Assembly (NCBI RefSeq): GCF_001194135.2
Contig: NC_068984.1
Coordinates: 16,785,168-16,849,167 of the forward strand
Origin: Octopus bimaculoides
Taxonomy: Eukaryota
DNA length: 64,000 bases
Direction: 5' to 3'
Part shown: positions 61,161-64,000 of the stretch, piece after piece
Layout of the letters: each line of letters begins with the position of its first letter
How positions within the stretch are numbered: position 1 is the stretch's first letter
Position numbers and translations under genes: made by a program
Notes under the pieces: generated by a model
The model's database searches: none
What the model was told of the DNA's origin: nothing
What the model saw: only the letters and a program-made list of their open reading frames with translations

Positions 61161-61682
61161 GTTGTACTTGGGGATGGTCATATTGCCAGGTTAGCCAATA
61201 AAAACACACGCACAGTATATTTGGTGTTAATTTGCTTCAGCTTTATATTACATTAATCCTATTTCGATTTTCTTCCTTCTTCTACCATCCCTAAAAACTG
61301 TCTCAAAACAATACAGTAAGTAGTAAATAAGCTTTTAACTTGTTTTTTTTTACACTCCTTAAAAAGACCATTTCAATACCACATCCATCTCTCTATCTGT
61401 CTGTCTATCTATCTATCTATCTATCTGCTTATACATCTTCCATTGTCTCCAAAGCCTCACCCCAAAAAAAACAAAACAATGTTCTGTTATAAACAAAACC
61501 CCCCCCAAAACACCTGTTTTTATATAAATAAGCTAGATCTCTGTATTTTCAGATATATTTGACAAGTTCGAAAGACGAACGAAACGCTAATATATGTATA
61601 AAATAAATGAAAGAAGTTATTCCAAAATTCTGACGACTTTTTTTTCAATATTTACTTCTGTACATCACACCTAACACTCTAC

Positions 61683-61725
<43 letters not shown>

Positions 61726-62470
61726 NNNNNNNNNNNNNNNNNNNNNNNNNNNNNNNNNNNNNNNNNNNNNNNNNNNNNNNNNNNNNNNNNNNNNNNNNNN
61801 NNNNNNNNNNNNNNNNNNNNNNNNNNNNNNNNNNNNNNNNNNNNNNNNNNNNNNNNNNNNNNNNNNNNNNNNNNNNNNNNNNNNNNNNNNNNNNNNNNNN
61901 NNNNNNNNNNNNNNNNNNNNNNNNNNNNNNNNNNNNNNNNNNNNNNNNNNNNNNNNNNNNNNNNNNNNNNNNNNNNNNNNNNNNNNNNNNNNNNNNNNNN
62001 NNNNNNNNNNNNNNNNNNNNNNNNNNNNNNNNNNNNNNNNNNNNNNNNNNNNNNNNNNNNNNNNNNNNNNNNNNNNNNNNNNNNNNNNNNNNNNNNNNNN
62101 NNNNNNNNNNNNNNNNNNNNNNNNNNNNNNNNNNNNNNNNNNNNNNNNNNNNNNNNNNNNNNNNNNNNNNNNNNNNNNNNNNNNNNNNNNNNNNNNNNNN
62201 NNNNNNNNNNNNNNNNNNNNNNNNNNNNNNNNNNNNNNNNNNNNNNNNNNNNNNNNNNNNNNNNNNNNNNNNNNNNNNNNNNNNNNNNNNNNNNNNNNNN
62301 NNNNNNNNNNNNNNNNNNNNNNNNNNNNNNNNNNNNNNNNNNNNNNNNNNNNNNNNNNNNNNNNNNNNNNNNNNNNNNNNNNNNNNNNNNNNNNNNNNNN
62401 NNNNNNNNNNNNNNNNNNNNNNNNNNNNNNNNNNNNNNNNNNNNNNNNNNNNNNNNNNNNNNNNNNNNNT
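61726..62470. other. Assembly gap
   Basis: Run of N after (GA)n. Confidence 1.
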
Positions 62471-63418
62471 ATACACACATATATAAACCCTCGTCATCTT
62501 TATCCATTATTTACAACTGCTTTCCAGCTTCGCTTTGGAAAAAATGATTATTTACTCGACTTATAAAACTATTTGTACCGCTCACACATAAATTTCTATT
62601 TCTGACTGGTTATCTAGCTATCATTTCTTACTGCTTTTTTTCCTTCCTTTCATAAAACAGACTTGCAGCTAAAAAGTACGGCTCAAAAAAGATATAAAAT
62701 AAACAAGAACTGAGAAAAAACAAAAACAACTGAAACTAAAATCAAAGTTATCAACGTTTTGATTTTACGAACGTAAACTGAACAATTACCATATATATAC
62801 ATATATAAACAAAGGAATATACGGAAAACAGGAAAGAACACATAGTGGACGTTGACATTCTGAACAAATGTCGACTTCAAAACACCTAGTCATTAATTAT
62901 ATATAGAGATACACACACAGTCATTATAAAGTCCGAAGATTTATAAAATATATTTTCTTGTTTCTAATAAAAGAAAATCATCAATTTACTTAGAGAAATT
63001 AACATAAAACGTATTGAGATCGTGCGTGTATGTGTGTGTGTTAGTTAATTAATACCATTTGCCAAATTTTAAATACATACCGTCAATAAAATCTGGATTG
63101 AAAATTTCAAAATAACACCTTCACACTAAACGGAACTAATTTCAAAGAAATATATATTAGTTCTGTTTATATATGTCTACATTTAAAAAGTATCTGAAAG
63201 TGAATTATTTTCATCACATTAACAGTGAAAAAAAGCTGCTCTTCCTAAAACCAAAGCATTTTAAACTCATAATTACATAAAATAAACAGGTTAATTACAG
63301 ATACAGGAGTGTATGACAAATAATTAACTACAGGTCTTAGGTCACTTATCACCGGTTGTCACCGATAAAATATTTCCGTCAATGAACCAGGGGAGTTAAT
63401 TAATGGAATTAACTTCTA

Positions 63419-63542
63419 CATGGTGTCCACAAAGCCTGGTACGTGGAGTAAATAAAATCGTAACAAACAATTGAATATAAGAAGCTATAATTTCTTAAAG
63501 TATTTGTTAATCCCCATGTACCCAGACTTTGTGGACACCCTG
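63419..63542. mobile_element. Tc1/mariner-type MITE (124 bp)
   Basis: TA|CATGGTGTCCACAAAGCCTGGTACGTGG...CCATGTACCCAGACTTTGTGGACACCCTG|TA; about 29-bp imperfect terminal inverted repeats. Confidence 0.8.
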
Positions 63543-64000
63543 TATGTTCAACACCACGATAAAAGCTTCTTCATCGTCATCATTTCTGCTACAATAGCAA
63601 CCAAATCTTCCACAATTCTCATCGCACCAACCGTTTAAAAAAAAACAAAAGGACGCATTAGACAAAGTAGGGATCTTTTCTGTTTGGCTGCCAAGATCTC
63701 AAAAATCAAAGTTGATTGAAAATTTTAAAATTTGGTGCATTAATGTAGTCTTCCAAGCTGAATTGCTGGAGTTATTTCACTTTTTCCAGAAAAATATTTT
63801 TAAAAAAGTTATAGAGGTTTAAAGTTAGATCATTTTCACCCAGTCAGGAAACAGGATTTGGAAGCTCTCATTTTGTGCAACATCCTGAAAATAGCACTTG
63901 TATTTTTATATGAAACTGTAAACAAATTTTGATTCCCAGACCAGATGTTGTGTTTATTAAGCGAAAACACCTAAAGCCCCACGATGTTCCAGCAGGGGAT

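Overview
AT-rich, microsatellite- and SINE-dense eukaryotic genomic DNA with five N gaps. The repeat content suggests an octopus draft assembly; this is inference, not shown by the sequence. I reconstructed two convergent genes by hand, checking phase and reading frame at every junction. (1) Plus strand: the 3' part of a Reelin orthologue, 15 coding exons at 7454-44681, about 1016 aa, covering the second half of repeat 6A, EGF, 6B, repeats 7 and 8, and a short C-terminal tail. The gene start lies upstream of the window. (2) Minus strand: a complete KIN17 gene, 10 exons at 60923-45482, 393 aa, with one GC-AG intron. The two stop codons are only 800 nt apart. Introns contain RTE and CR1-like LINE fragments, at least four SINE-like families, a mariner transposase remnant and several hAT, piggyBac and Tc1/mariner-type MITEs, often nested. 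The best leads concern Reelin. The receptor-binding Lys2467 equivalent appears conserved. The vertebrate repeat-6/7 cleavage loop is absent. The stop codon falls inside an otherwise furin-like R*RKRS motif, with an open frame for 41 more codons. The Reelin and KIN17 3'UTRs probably overlap. Comparisons with vertebrate proteins are from memory and need alignment. No prokaryote-type system, CRISPR array or true tRNA/rRNA gene was found.
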